From: Camelus dromedarius
Lineage: Eukaryota
Direction of reading: 5' to 3'
NCBI RefSeq assembly: GCF_036321535.1
Contig: NC_087437.1
Span: 78,742,001-78,806,000 of the forward strand
DNA length: 64,000 bases
The notes under the pieces are model-generated. The model ran no database searches. It had not been told where the DNA came from and saw only the letters and a program-made list of their open reading frames with translations. The number at the start of each line of letters is the position of its first letter. The first letter of the stretch is position 1. The translations under genes and the position numbers were made by a program. Positions 1 through 12,350 of the stretch are shown piece by piece.

Positions 1-1509
1 TTGGCCCAGCTAGCTATATATAGGTAGTGCTATATTCAGAACCTTTGTTTTAACTCCATCATGTTTGTTTTATTCATTTCTTTTCTTTTCTTTTTTAATT
101 TTAAATGCCCAGAGCTGGTGGTGTCCTCTGTCTGGCCCAGAAGTGTGCCTTCTGGGAGTAAGTGGGTCCTAGGCCAGGTGCACTGGACTATAGGAGGCAT
201 ACCCTCAGGGGCCCTCATTGTTTCCCCGATGCTGCAGAGAAACCGGGTGACCCTCCAGGCCAAACTACTTCCTAATTCCATTTCTTACTAATCATCTAAA
301 GATTTAAATCACTCTGGGAGAAGTCCTGCAACTCTTCTTTTCCAATTTCTCTTATTCTACCTCTTTCAATATTTGCTTTATTTACCTTATTTCTTAATAA
401 TCCTTCAAAAATTTTCACCTGTTGGGAAGAGTCCCTTGATTCTCAGCCTGTTCCCATTCTCTTGTTAATTTAACCTAATGTTTTTTACTAGCATCTCTAA
501 GAACCATGAAAGGAAGCTGAGACCACAAATTTGATAAGGTTTCCCAAACAGGTTTTTATTTTTAAGGGAGTTCTTAAAGCTAGCTGTTATATTTCTTTGT
601 ATCCACCTTTTAATTTCTTCTTTCCCATAGGTACCAATAAGACAGCTGTTTATAATGAGAGCTGTCTAAAACTTTACCAATATAGAAGTTTCTCTAATAC
701 AAAGGATCCATTGTCTGGCCATTGCTAAGTAGGATCTTAATAGTGACTGAAACCAATAAGCCTTTCATAGCTTAATCATGGATGCAAGAGGCATCTCCAA
801 AAGAGAGTGCAAAAAGATATAGCTCTCATAAGATGAAGTTTCAGTCTCCAAAACAGCCTATGAGAGCAAAGAAGTTCATTGCACAGGCAGTAAGAATGAT
901 GTCATTAACAAAGCAAAAAAGTTTGAGACGAAAAAGGCACCTTATGGGCTGAAAACCCTTATGACAAACTTCCCTGATAGCTGGCATGGCTGGACAAAGA
1001 GATACCAGTCACAAGCCCAGGTTATGCTAACTGTGCTTCTGACAAGCTGGCGAGAGTTGCTTGGAATCCTAGCCTATTCAACTGATGGTCAAATGCACAC
1101 TGGTAAGTGCACTTTCTGGATTGTGGACAGCAGATAGAATATTCTCACTGATCATAAAGCCAAGCTCTCAGGACATAGAACAAGACAAATAGCACAACAG
1201 AGACAAAGAAAAACTATGACCATCTCTGGAATAGAATGGATCAATAAAGCCAAGAGTACTCTACCAAATTTGCCAGAGTTGCTAATAAGCCCAAGAAATT
1301 AGCTCTAGAAGTATTTTCTCCTGATAATATAAATTTAGAAAAGCGAAAAAGGGTTCTCTTACCATTCTTGCTTCCAAAAGACACTGAAGGCAGAGATCTG
1401 GAAGACTAACATGGTAAGAATTCCTACCTTTTGTGGGTCTTATCAGATGTCCCAGGATCTTTCAGCTGCAAGCAGACTCAGAGGTAGCACAGTTCAACCC
1501 AGGAAGTTA
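1..1509 (-). mobile_element. ERV1-class endogenous retrovirus internal region (5' leader and degraded gag), continuing off the left edge
   Basis: Lies directly downstream (minus strand) of an LTR and PBS. Minus-strand translation near 676-726 gives QWPDNGSFVLEKLLYW*, resembling the WPxNGSF motif of gamma-like ERV Gag matrix. Confidence 0.75.
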
Positions 1510-1527
1510 ATTCTGCCAACTACACCA
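1510..1527 (-). promoter_or_regulatory. Retroviral primer-binding site complementary to tRNA-Ser
   Basis: Minus strand reads TGGTGTAGTTGGCAGAAT versus tRNA-Ser PBS TGGCGTAGTCGGCAGGAT (3 mismatches, two of them CpG->TpG). It sits 2 nt after the LTR terminal CA. Confidence 0.8.
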
Positions 1528-1529
1528 AC

Positions 1530-1932
1530 TGTGGGAGAATGGCATGAGACAGATTAGCAGGAGAAAATCAAGTTTAATTATGTATGTATGTGGTGAGGGT
1601 TGTAAGAATATATGGCCCAAAGACAAGTTAGGCAATTGAAGCTCATATGCCATCTGAGAGAAAAAGAAGAGGATGAGGTTTAGGACTTCAAAGGGAAGGA
1701 AAGCAATTCACAGGAAGATGAAAATGAGCAACTGTTTGGTAAATTAATGTTTGCCGGGCCATAAAGGAACAATAGGACACAGAGAAGAATTTTAATAAAC
1801 AGACTTTGCTAGGTTCCTCCCTGTCAACTCCAACTATTCATTTTATACTATAGTTATTTATGATGATAACTCCCTTCCTGGAACAGTCTTTCATCCAAAT
1901 TCCTTTAGGCAGTTAGTTTCCATTTTACAACA
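1530..1932 (-). mobile_element. 5' LTR of ERV1 provirus (MER41-like group), ~403 bp
   Basis: TG...CA termini (minus strand TGTTGTAAAATGG...TCTCCCACA), ATTAAA polyA-like signal and TTTTCTCCTGCTAATCTGTCT U5-like motif, followed by a PBS. Confidence 0.75.
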
Positions 1933-4894
1933 GTTCTCTTTCCTCTCAGGCCTGAAAATTTGAAAGATTAGGAAGAAATATTTATAGTCATCTGTGACAA
2001 ACTCCGGAGTTCTTTCTCTTATTAAAGACAATTATGATTTGTATTGTGCGAATACTACTTTAAATAGAGTAGTATATGAAACTGAATACTGACTCTATTC
2101 AAATTCAATGAAACATATCTGTATTTGATCTTTCCTGGTACTCTCTGTTAAACATACCAATTTCTGTATCCATGCCATATACTTAAATTTTAATAGATTT
2201 TTCTTTCCTTTTTAAAATAACACTCTAATGTGTGGCTTTGCTGATAATTATTTCAAAGTGTATTAACAGTAAAAAAAAATTAAATGACATTGAATATTTA
2301 ATAAAGGAAATATATTCCAGTTTGTAATTATTACTTTAAGAAATATTATTTTTCATTAAGATAATAATATGTGTATGGTGTAATGGGGAGAATTTTTTTT
2401 TCTTTTTTTTGTATAGTAGTTTGTACATGAGATTATGGATAGCTGTCAAGTTCTGTTCCAAATTTTTTATTTCATTGTGTCCTCTTCATTAGGGTCAGCA
2501 ACGGTGATTTTGTGGATATTGGCGTAACTTGCAAAAACAAGTTCTAGCATAAGGAATTTCCCCTTTGACCTTAAGCTTTTCCTCTCTCTCCTGCTGTGAT
2601 ATGCAGGTCTTGCTCTGAAAAGTTCAAAATTGCATTTTGGTTTCAATTTGAAAATATATTCATCGAAAGTATAACAGTTGATAAAGCAAGCATCTCACTA
2701 AAATGGCAGGTAGTTAAAGGGAAGAAGTTTTCCTCATCCCCAAAATGCCACAACACCAATCTTCGGTTAAATTTCTTCTTAATATTACAATGTTTGTTTT
2801 CTTTTGTGTTTTCTTTTTTTTAATTTTATAATCCTCTCATCTTTTATTTCTCTTTTGTAGACTGGGTTTTATTTCTTCAAAAGCCCTATGTATTAATCAC
2901 CATAGCAACAAAATTTTGAAAATGTCTTGTTTTTTTTTATATTTCAACAATTAGAAACAAGAGAAAAACCAAAAGATAATTATAAGTAGACCTTCAAAAT
3001 AAGAACAACACTACAAAAATTCTTTCAAATATAACCTTGCTTTTCACTTCCTGGTCAGTCTTTGCTAACTGTATTTTAACGTCCCTATGGCTAAACATGC
3101 CCATTCACCTCTAAAGCTCATACATACACCTATATGAGGTAAATGAAATCTCATGATGTTAACTACTATGACATGACATAAACTTCATGCTATTAAGAAG
3201 AGATCAGGACATAACTCTTTAGGTGAGTTTGCTAGAATTGTTCTAGAAAGGCAATTTTTCCCATCAGAAGTAATAAACTCAAACCACTGGTCAAAACATA
3301 GTGATTTTTGTAGAAGATAAAAAACATTATGGAGAACTGTACAGATAATGAATTTATAACTTTTTTTAAATTAAAAAGCATCTTGAATAAAATATACACA
3401 TATTATATATCAGGTAAGTTGAGTCAAACTTATTCACAGATTCTACCTTTTCAAAATTTATGTTTAGTTTTTATTTTGTTTTCTAATATTTACTGGATTT
3501 ATGTTTGTACCTGATGGGTATGGAAGAGGGGTTGCTGATTCAACTAGTTAATTTTCACTGGAGTTCTAAAAGAAATAATAATAATAAAATAATTGTTTTC
3601 CTATATTGTCAAAAAGTCTTTCACTTTTTAATTGTACACCTATATTAATACAAATAAGTTGCACAACAATGAAAAATTGAAAATGGGATCTATAGGGATC
3701 TTTCCCTTTACTCTCTCAATTTTCCATCAGATAGAAGTGAACATAATAAATGTGTATGCTGAATAATCAAAAGCCTGAAATTTTGATTGATGATGGAAGC
3801 CACAGCAAATCAGAATGCAACTGAAAAATACAAATTTATATGTGTGTTATATATGTATATGTACATAAATATATTTTTGTTTGTTTATGAAACATCTACA
3901 CATCTTCAATCACTCCATTTCACTTAATTTTTAGGCAATCCTGTTTGCACTGTTATATTTTTCTCATGTCTTCATTATCAAAATCATGTTCTCACCCCTG
4001 TAAAAGTTTCATTATCAATATTTTCTTCTTAGATATTTCTCTTTTCTACATCACTGTATATTTCCATACTATTTCAACATACATTATAAGAAATTGATTT
4101 ATCACAACGAAACATCCAGATGATAACAAAGCATTTCACGTGTGTAATATATAGATTATGCATTATACATATTCTTGCTCATATGTCATACTTCCTAGTA
4201 TGGTTTAGATCCCAAGCCACTGTTTTGGGATTTCACAAGTATGGACAGTAAAGATGCTGAGAAGATTCAGGAACTGTTTAAAACCTCTGAAATTTTCCCA
4301 AGGTACTCTGATAACTAAGCATGTGCTGTGTATTTACCAGGGCTGAGGGAAACCCCAGCTGTGAGCAAATATAAAACTTAGGATTTGAGTTTCAATAACA
4401 GTTCCTTTGATTTCACAAGTACAAAAATACACATCTTCTCCAAAGAAAACCACCACATATGGTCTTCATTTAATTTGTGCATCAGAACATCCAAGGTCAA
4501 CACATCAACATCAGCAATTATTGGACTTCATTAAAAGGTGTACCTTCAGAAGCAGTACAAATTTAAAAAAGAGAATGTTCTGACTCCACCCCATAAGGGA
4601 TGAAACAAAACCTGGCTTAATGTTCCTTTTTAATTAAACATGCTCCATTTGATTTCCTGGGATCAAATACAAAGAACATTTGGTTTAATGCTAAAGATAT
4701 GTGAAATTAATTGGCATATAAGTACTTTCACCTTATACTTAGGGAATAAAGTTGAATTCAAATCCAATCCTTTATTCTGGCTTTTGGTATTCTTAATAAT
4801 ATAGCTTTATCTTTTCTTTCTTTTCTTTATTCTCGTCATTGTCCTATATTAAAATTTCAATCTAGTTAGGCAGAATTCTACATGGTCATTCTAA

Positions 4895-5085
4895 ACTGGG
4901 GATTGGCACACTGCGGTCCACTGGCCAAATCTGATCTATTGACTATTTATGTACAGTCCTCCAGCAAAGAACATTTTTTTCCACATTTTTTATATGGTTG
5001 AGAGAAGAAAAGAAGGAAAATATATGACAGAGGCTATATGTAGCCTATAAATCTAAAGGATTTTTTTTTTTTCTGGCTCTTTACC
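4895..5085 (+). mobile_element. MER58C-like hAT-Charlie DNA transposon
   Basis: GGGGATTGGCACACTGCGGTCCACTGGCCAAATCTG ... ATATGACAGAGGCTATATGTAGCC ... CTGGCTCTTTAC matches the recalled MER58 layout. Confidence 0.65.
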
Positions 5086-5782
5086 TAACAGGCATGTCTC
5101 TATACCTTCTTTATTGTTCTTTCTAGAAATTTGTGGTTCTCTCCACTATTTGACAAGCTCTAATCCCAGTCATCATTTAAGACCAAGTGCCATTCTTCAC
5201 TTACAAGAATGAAAAGAGTGTAAGTGTATACGTTTGACTCCTGTTGCACTAGTTGCTAGCACTACAAAGAAGTACTTCAGTATTATGTCCACCCTTTCAC
5301 ATATATTAGCCTTGATTCTCCAAACAAACTGTAAAGTCCTAGTGGGCTAGGAATGTGCCTTCAGCCAAGCAGCAAGAATTTCTTGATTACTAACTGGTGA
5401 GTACACCTGCCTTTTAAAACTGTCTTTGCATCCACATATAAGCTTATATTATGTATTTTTAAACTTCATCTTGTCTATCTTAGAACTAAAAACATCCTCC
5501 TTTCTAGTCTAGAGACACCCCAAAATGTTAAACATATCTCAAGAAAATGTTAAATCCATCATCTCTCCTTTACTCAAGGAAGGTATTAAGCATAATATGT
5601 TTATGCAGAAGATACCAATTCAAGGTTTTAATTCAGTGGATAGTTATTTTCCATTCTCTAGAAGTAGGATATGGAACTGATAATAGAAAAAAAAATTCCC
5701 ATTTTATTCCCAATAATTTATATTGCATTGGGCTCTTTTTAAATTTTTCAAATTGTATCTTCATTATAATATTGTATGGAGG

Positions 5783-8608
5783 CAGTCCACCAAGACTGAA
5801 TCAAGAAGAAACTGACCACTTGAACAAACATTAAAAATGAAATTGAATTAGCAATAAAAAACCTTCCTACAAATAAAAGTCCAGGACCAGATGGCTTCAC
5901 CAGGGAATTCTACCAAGCATATAAAGAAGAACTCATACTAGTCCTTCTTAAACTCTTCCAGATGATTGAAAAGGAGGGAATACTCCCAAACTCATTCTAT
6001 GAAGCTACCATCATCCTGATACCAAAACCAGGCAAAGACACTACCAAAAAAGAGAATTATAGGCCAATATCACTGATGAACATAGATGTAAAAGTCCTCA
6101 CCAAAATATTAGCAAATAGAATCCAACAGCACATAAAAAACATTATACATCATGACCAAGTAGGGTTCATCCCAGGGACACAAGGGTGGTTCAATATACG
6201 CAAATCAATCAATGTAATACATCACATCAACAAGAAAAAGGACAAAAACCACACGATCATCTCAATAGATGCAGAAAAAGCATTTGATAAAATTCAATAC
6301 CCATTTATGATAAAAACTCCCCCCAAAGTGGATATAGACGGAACATATCTCAACATAAGAAAAGCTATATATGACAAACCTATAGCCAGCATAGTACTCA
6401 ATGGTGAAAAACTCAAAAGCTTCCCTCTAAAATCTGGGACAAGACAAGGATGCCCACTGTCACACTCCTATTCAACATAGTCTTGGAAGTCCTAGCCACA
6501 GCAATCAGGCAAGAGAGAGGAATAAAAGGGATCCAAATTCGAAAAGAAGAGGTAAAAGTGTCACTATATGTTGATGACATGTTACTATATATAGAAAACC
6601 CTAAAAGGTCCACACAAAAATTACTAGAGCTGATCGAAGAATTCAGCAAGGTAGCAGGTTACAAGATTAACGTTCAAAAATCAGTTGCATTTCTTTACAC
6701 TAACGATGAATCAACAGAAGAAGAAAGTAAAGAAACAATCCCCTTTAAAATAGCACCCAAAGTAATAAAATACCTAGGAATACATCTAACCAAGGAGGTG
6801 AAAGAATTATACACAGAAAACTATAAACCATTGATGAAGGAAATTAAAGAAGACTTTAAAAAATGGAAAGCTATCCCATGCTCTTGGATTGGAAGAATCA
6901 ATATTGTTAAAATGGTCACACTGCCCAAGGCAATCTACAGATTTAATGCAATCCCTATCAAATTACTCAGGACATATTTCACAGAACTAGAACAAATCAT
7001 AATAAAACTTATTTGGAACCATCAAAGACCTAGAATTGCCAAAGCATTACTGAAGAGAAAGAGGCTGGAGGAATAACTCTCCCAGACTTCAGACAATTCT
7101 ATAGAGCTACAGTAATCAAAACAGCATGGTATTGGTACAAAAACAGACATATGGACCAATGGAACAGAATAGAGAGCCCAGAAATGAACCCACAAACCTT
7201 TGGTCAACTAATCTTCGACAAAGGAGGCAAGAACATACAATGGAATAAAGACAGTCTCATCAGCAAATGGTGTTGGGAAAACTGGACAGCAGCATGTAAA
7301 GCAATGAAGCTAGAACACTCCCTTACACCATACACAAAAATCAACTCAAAATGGATCAAAGACTTAAACATAAGACAAGATACAATAAACCTCCTAGAAG
7401 AAAATATAAGCAAAACATTATCTGACATACATCTCAAAAATGTTCTCCTAGAACAGTCTACTCAAGCAATAGAAACAAAAGCAAGAATAAACTAATGGGC
7501 CCTAAAGAAACTTACAAGCTTCTGCACAGCAAAAGAAACCATAAGTAAAACAAAAAGACAACCTATGGAATGGGAGACAATTTTTGCAAATGAAACCGAC
7601 AAAGGCCTGTTCTCCAGAATATATAAGCAGCTCATATGACTTAATCAGAAAAAAACAAACAACCCAATCCAAAAATGGGCAAAAGACCTAAACAAGCAAT
7701 TATCCAAGGAAGACATACAAATGATCAATAGGCACATGAAAAAATGCTCAGTATCACTAATTATCAGAGAAATGCAGATCAAAACTACAATGAGGTATCA
7801 CCTCATGCCAGTCAGAATGGCCATCATTCAAAAATCCACAAATGACAAATGCTGGAGAGGCTGTAGAGAAAAGGGAACTCTCCTACACTGCTAGTGGGAA
7901 TGCAGTTTGGTGCAGTCACTGTGGAAAACGGTATGGAGATTTCTCAAAAGACTAGGAATAGACTTACCATGTGACCCAGGAATCCCGCTCCTGGGCATAT
8001 ATCCAGAAGGAACCCTACTTCAAAATGACACCTGCACCCCAATGTTCATAGCAGCACTATTTACAATAGCCAAGACATGGAAACAGTCTAAATGTCCATC
8101 AACGGATGACTGGATAAAGAAGAGGTGGTATATTTATACAATGGAATACTATTCAGCCATAAAAACCGACAACATAATGCCATTTGCAGCAACATGGATG
8201 TTCCTCGAGAATGTCATTCTAAGTGAAGTAAGCCAGAAAGAGAAAGAAAAATACCATATGAGATTGCTCATTTGTGGAATCTAAAAAGCAAAACAAAACA
8301 AAACAAAAAAGACAAACAAAGCATAAATACAAAACAGAAATAGACTCATAAACATAGAATACAAACTTGTGGTTGCCAAGGGGGCGGAGGGTGGGAAGGG
8401 ATAGATGGAATTTCAAAATTGTAGAATAGATAAACAAGATTATACTGTATAGCACAGGGAAATATACACAAGATCTTATGGTAGCTCACAGAGAAAAAAA
8501 TGTGACAATGAATATATATATGTTCATGTATAACTGAAAAATTGTGCTCTACACTGGAATTTGACACAACATTGTAAAATGATTATAAATCAATAAAAAA
8601 TGTTAAAA
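5783..8608 (+). mobile_element. Young 5'-truncated LINE-1 (ORF2 RT and C-terminal domains, 3'UTR, A-tail), inactivated
   Basis: ORFs 5962-6480, 6450-7076, 7151-7495 and 7907-8284 are consecutive L1 ORF2p pieces (PKPGKD, YRPISL, QGCPLS, YVDD at 6567-6578, KYLGI) broken by frameshifts and stops. AATAAA and A-tail near 8592-8610. Exact 15-bp TSD AATATTGTATGGAGG at 5768-5782 and 8609-8623. Confidence 0.97.
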
Positions 8609-8744
8609 AATATTGTATGGAGGGTGATATTGAGATCAGAATATACTCCTTATTTGCATTTCATCATGTCAAGAGATATGTGAAGAAAGCTAAAAGCCTG
8701 GAAACACCTTTTTTTTTACATTTAAATATTTGATATTCATAGTT

Positions 8745-8995
8745 GAAAGGCAACATAGCATAGTTATTAAAAATAGGGATTTTGAAGCTAAACAGCTTGG
8801 CTCCAAATCCTGGCTCTTTTACTTAGTGGTAATGTAAGCTATGGAGATTACTTAACTTGTCCATGTATCAGTTTCCTTTTTGTACACTGAGGATAATAAT
8901 AAAACCTATATCACAAGATGGTTATGAGAATTAAATAAATTAATATATGTATAATCCTTAAAATAGTGTCTGTCACATATTAAATGTGTAAAGGA
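8745..8995 (+). mobile_element. MIR SINE
   Basis: CAAATCCTGGCTCTTTTACTTAGT...TTACTTAACTTGTCCATGTATCAGTTTCC...GGATAATAATAAAACCTATATCACAAGATGGTTATGAGAATTAAAT matches the MIR core. Confidence 0.8.
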
Positions 8996-9363
8996 TAAGT
9001 CAATAATAAAATATAAATATATAATAAAAAAATTTAACTAGTGCTTTTTTGGGGGAAGCATAAGTGGTATGTTTTTAAAATCCAAATAATTAATTCACCC
9101 ATTTGGCATAGCAAGAGATTAACAAAATGATACTATTACAAGTTGTTTCAGTTTTTTGTTTGTTTGTTTTAAGCATGTAAGGTCAACATTTTCCTGAGCA
9201 TTACTCTTCCCAGATGAATTATTTTGACCTTTATGGAACTTGAGTGATGGGGTGAAAAGGAGACTGGAAATGATGATGTAGATGGTTATTAATTTTATAG
9301 GATAGATCATTTATGATCTAGAGTGTTCTCAATAGGCCCTATCCCCTTACTGAGCATAAACTA

Positions 9364-9576
9364 CAGCTGACCCTTGAACACCATGGGCTTGAACTATATG
9401 GGTCCAATTACACATGGATTTTTTTCAATAGTAAATACCATACTACAGGATCCAAGGGTGATTTCATCTAAGAATGTGGAACCAAGGATGCAGAGGGCTG
9501 ACTATAAGTTATACATGGATTTTCGACTGAGCAGAGGGTTAGCCCTCCAAAGCCCATGTTATTTAAGGGTCCACTA
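9364..9576 (+). mobile_element. Tigger2a-like non-autonomous TcMar-Tigger element
   Basis: Starts TA|CAGCTGACCCTTGAACACCATGGGCTTGAACT and ends TTTAAGGGTCCACTA, a degenerate terminal inverted repeat. Confidence 0.8.
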
Positions 9577-11519
9577 CAGTTGCACACATTTTAGCAAACC
9601 AACTTATCTTCCTTGAGTTGTTTTCTCATCTGACTATTAAGAACATGAACTGCCTAGTGTGAGGGAAAAAAAATCAGCCCTGACTTACAAACCAAATCTG
9701 AGTTGTAAGTTCTAATTATACAATAAAATCTCTTTGTTTTTATAGACATGTCACATGAACAAGGCCACTATCTGTTCAACTGTGAAATAAGGCTCTGGTA
9801 AGACTGCATTATAAGACTGCATGGTGGGAATTGAGAAGACTTGGTTGAAAAATACCCATGGAGAAATTTATTGAGCTAGGCCAGGCCCTGGAAGTAAGGA
9901 AAGTGAGCATAATTGCTGTCTTTTTTTCTTACAGAATCAGAGGGAATTTAAGAACATTTTTCTCATAGTTAGACAATATGCACTATGTAAGAAAGATAGT
10001 GAAAGCAAAGTTACACAGTAACCAGAAAGGCCACCACCAGGAAAAATAATATTGGAGGTTATTTGAAAAGGACTTCATTGAAATGAAAATTGCTGGTCAC
10101 TTCCAAGGCATAGAACATAAAAAGGAAGATGAAAAGCTAAACACAGAAGTGGAACTCAAGGTTATGTTCACTTTTCCAGATAAAGGAATACAAATATCAG
10201 TGAATCACAAGAAGGAAAACAATCTCTTTCAGACAGGTAGTTCAGCAACTCACATAGATTTATCCTTTCTGTCGATATAAAGCTAAGATTATTCACTCCC
10301 TTGTTAATTTATTCATGCATACATTCATATAACAAAAAAACTGAACCATGATGTATTTCATTTCGTTTGTTGTTCTCAGATTGTTCATTTTTTCTGTAGA
10401 CCATTTTTGGTTTTGGAAGCACTATACATCTCTCAAATCTCTACCAATGACACAATTTGCTTTTAATATCTCATCTGCTTGGAGAATTAGATCAGTTTCC
10501 TCTGAAATCATTTGTTTGGTTACCCCTATCTTGGTTCTCTCTATCCTCCTGCTTTCTTCACAGATAAATGAAGTACTCTACTATAATAGGTAGTCTTCAT
10601 GATTTCATCTGCATCTCTCAAAATCTTTGAATAAGAGCCTCAAGGATGATTCCATGAAAAGAAGTCAAGCGTTATCAACTAGCTGAAGTTTTATAGAAAG
10701 GTAAGTTGGATGAATCAATATTTGTAAAATTAAAGAGAAAATACGTTACTCTGAAAATAAAGTAGTTTAAAATATTTTCCTACTTGAAAGGACTGCCTTT
10801 TTAATTTTTCTTTACCGCCTTTGAGACTTGCTTCACATTTTGCTCTGCTTCCCACTCATGACCCAGCAGGACAGGTATTTATTTTCCTTAGTGAATTGTT
10901 TTTTGCAATTAGCCTGAGAACACAGATCATTGTTGATGCTGGATCTCCTTGGAGAAAGAAAGGGGAACTGTTGACTGATTTTAAAACTTCTTAGGGCTGA
11001 TCTAGGAATTGCTACAATTAACACCAGTTCCTTAGCATGTAGCTTTGTCTCTTCCTTCAACTTAAATCTTACAGAATCTTCTTTCTATAGTTTAAGTTTC
11101 TCAAATCTTATGGTAGCTGGAATAGAACATGAGTGGGATAACTTGTTGGCAGATACATGTATGAGTTAATTTCTGGAATTTCTTGAGTTACATGTGATTT
11201 TTGATATACAGATGTTTCTGTCCAGAAGGCAGTTGAAGATGTGATAAATTCTAATGCAGTGATTTGGAGAAAGATGAGTTTTATCAAAAAGAAAAAAATA
11301 CAAAGATCCTATCTAGGAAAGGGAATCAGGTGTGGCTTCTGTGAGCCATTTTAAGTTCTTCAACATTGTGATTATTAGCTAGGATTCTATAGGATGCTAC
11401 TGGGACTTCCTGTATACATACACACACACACATATATAACTAGCACTAAAAGAGGTAGCAGAACACTTATTGAGATAAAAGTCAAAAAGTGATTTCCTTG
11501 ACTTCAAACATCATAAAAT

Positions 11520-11925
11520 AATTTTGCCTGTTGGAACTTTATGTAAATGATAACAAACATTTTGCAATCTATTGCTTCTTTCACTCAATAATATACTTGT
11601 AAAATTCATCCATGTGGTGTAGGTAGTTTTAATTTATTCATTTCAGTATTATACAGTGTATGAATACAAAAATCCATTCTTTTGTTTGTGTAATTTCCAG
11701 TTTTCAGTTAATATGAATAGCACTGGTATGAAAATTCTTATATATGTTGTGTGGTAAACATTTGTACACATTTCTTCTGGATATTAATCTAAACATGAAA
11801 TTGCTAAGTCATAGAGTAAGCACATATTCAGCTTAGTTGATATTCCAAAGAGTTTTCCAACGTGGATATAATTTGCTAACATCAGCAAGGTATAAGATAT
11901 CCAATTATTTGCATCGTCACCAAAC
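11520..11925 (-). mobile_element. Old L1M 3' fragment
   Basis: CTTCTTTCACTCAATAAT...AATTCATCCATGTGGTGTAG...GAAATTGCTAAGTCATAGAGTAAG matches antisense L1 3' end sequence. Confidence 0.7.
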
Positions 11926-11929
11926 CAGA

Positions 11930-12350
11930 GCACCACTTCGTCAGTGATGATCATCTCCATCATGCAGGCAGGACACTTCTGAATGCTCTACCCAATGTCT
12001 TGTGCATTATGAGGTTGCATGGGCAGGAACAGGCACTATCCTGAGGCTCTTGAAAGTTTCAAATACAGGTCTCCCTAACCTTTTTGGATGGTTCTTTTCC
12101 TCAATTCAGGAAGTTCCCCTGTAATGTATGCACTAGTATGCTGCTGAATCCTCCACAAGGATCCTTGGCAGAGCTCCAGACTTTCTTCTGTAAGCAGTTC
12201 TCTCTTCTCTGGTTCTCTGCCCTGTGAAGTCTAGCCATCTAGCTGCCTGGACATCCCTGGACACTTAGCTCTTTGACATCTATTGAGGGGGGTTGGTTAG
12301 GATCTACCTGGGTTCCTTCTCCTTTCCCCACAGTGTGGAAATGTCTTCAT
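11930..12350 (-). mobile_element. Probable old L1M 5'-end fragment
   Basis: Moderately GC-rich segment (CAGTTCTCTCTTCTCTGGTTCTCTGCCCTGTGAAGTCTAGCC) resembling antisense L1M 5'UTR. Family uncertain. Confidence 0.4.

Noticed and set aside
6567..6578. YVDD instead of (F/Y)ADD in the L1 RT active site
   Set aside because: A single C->T change in an already frameshifted copy explains it. It is not evidence of a novel RT.
8380..8400. G-quadruplex-like GGGGGCGGAGGGTGGGAAGGG
   Set aside because: A G-rich tract is a standard part of L1 3'UTRs.
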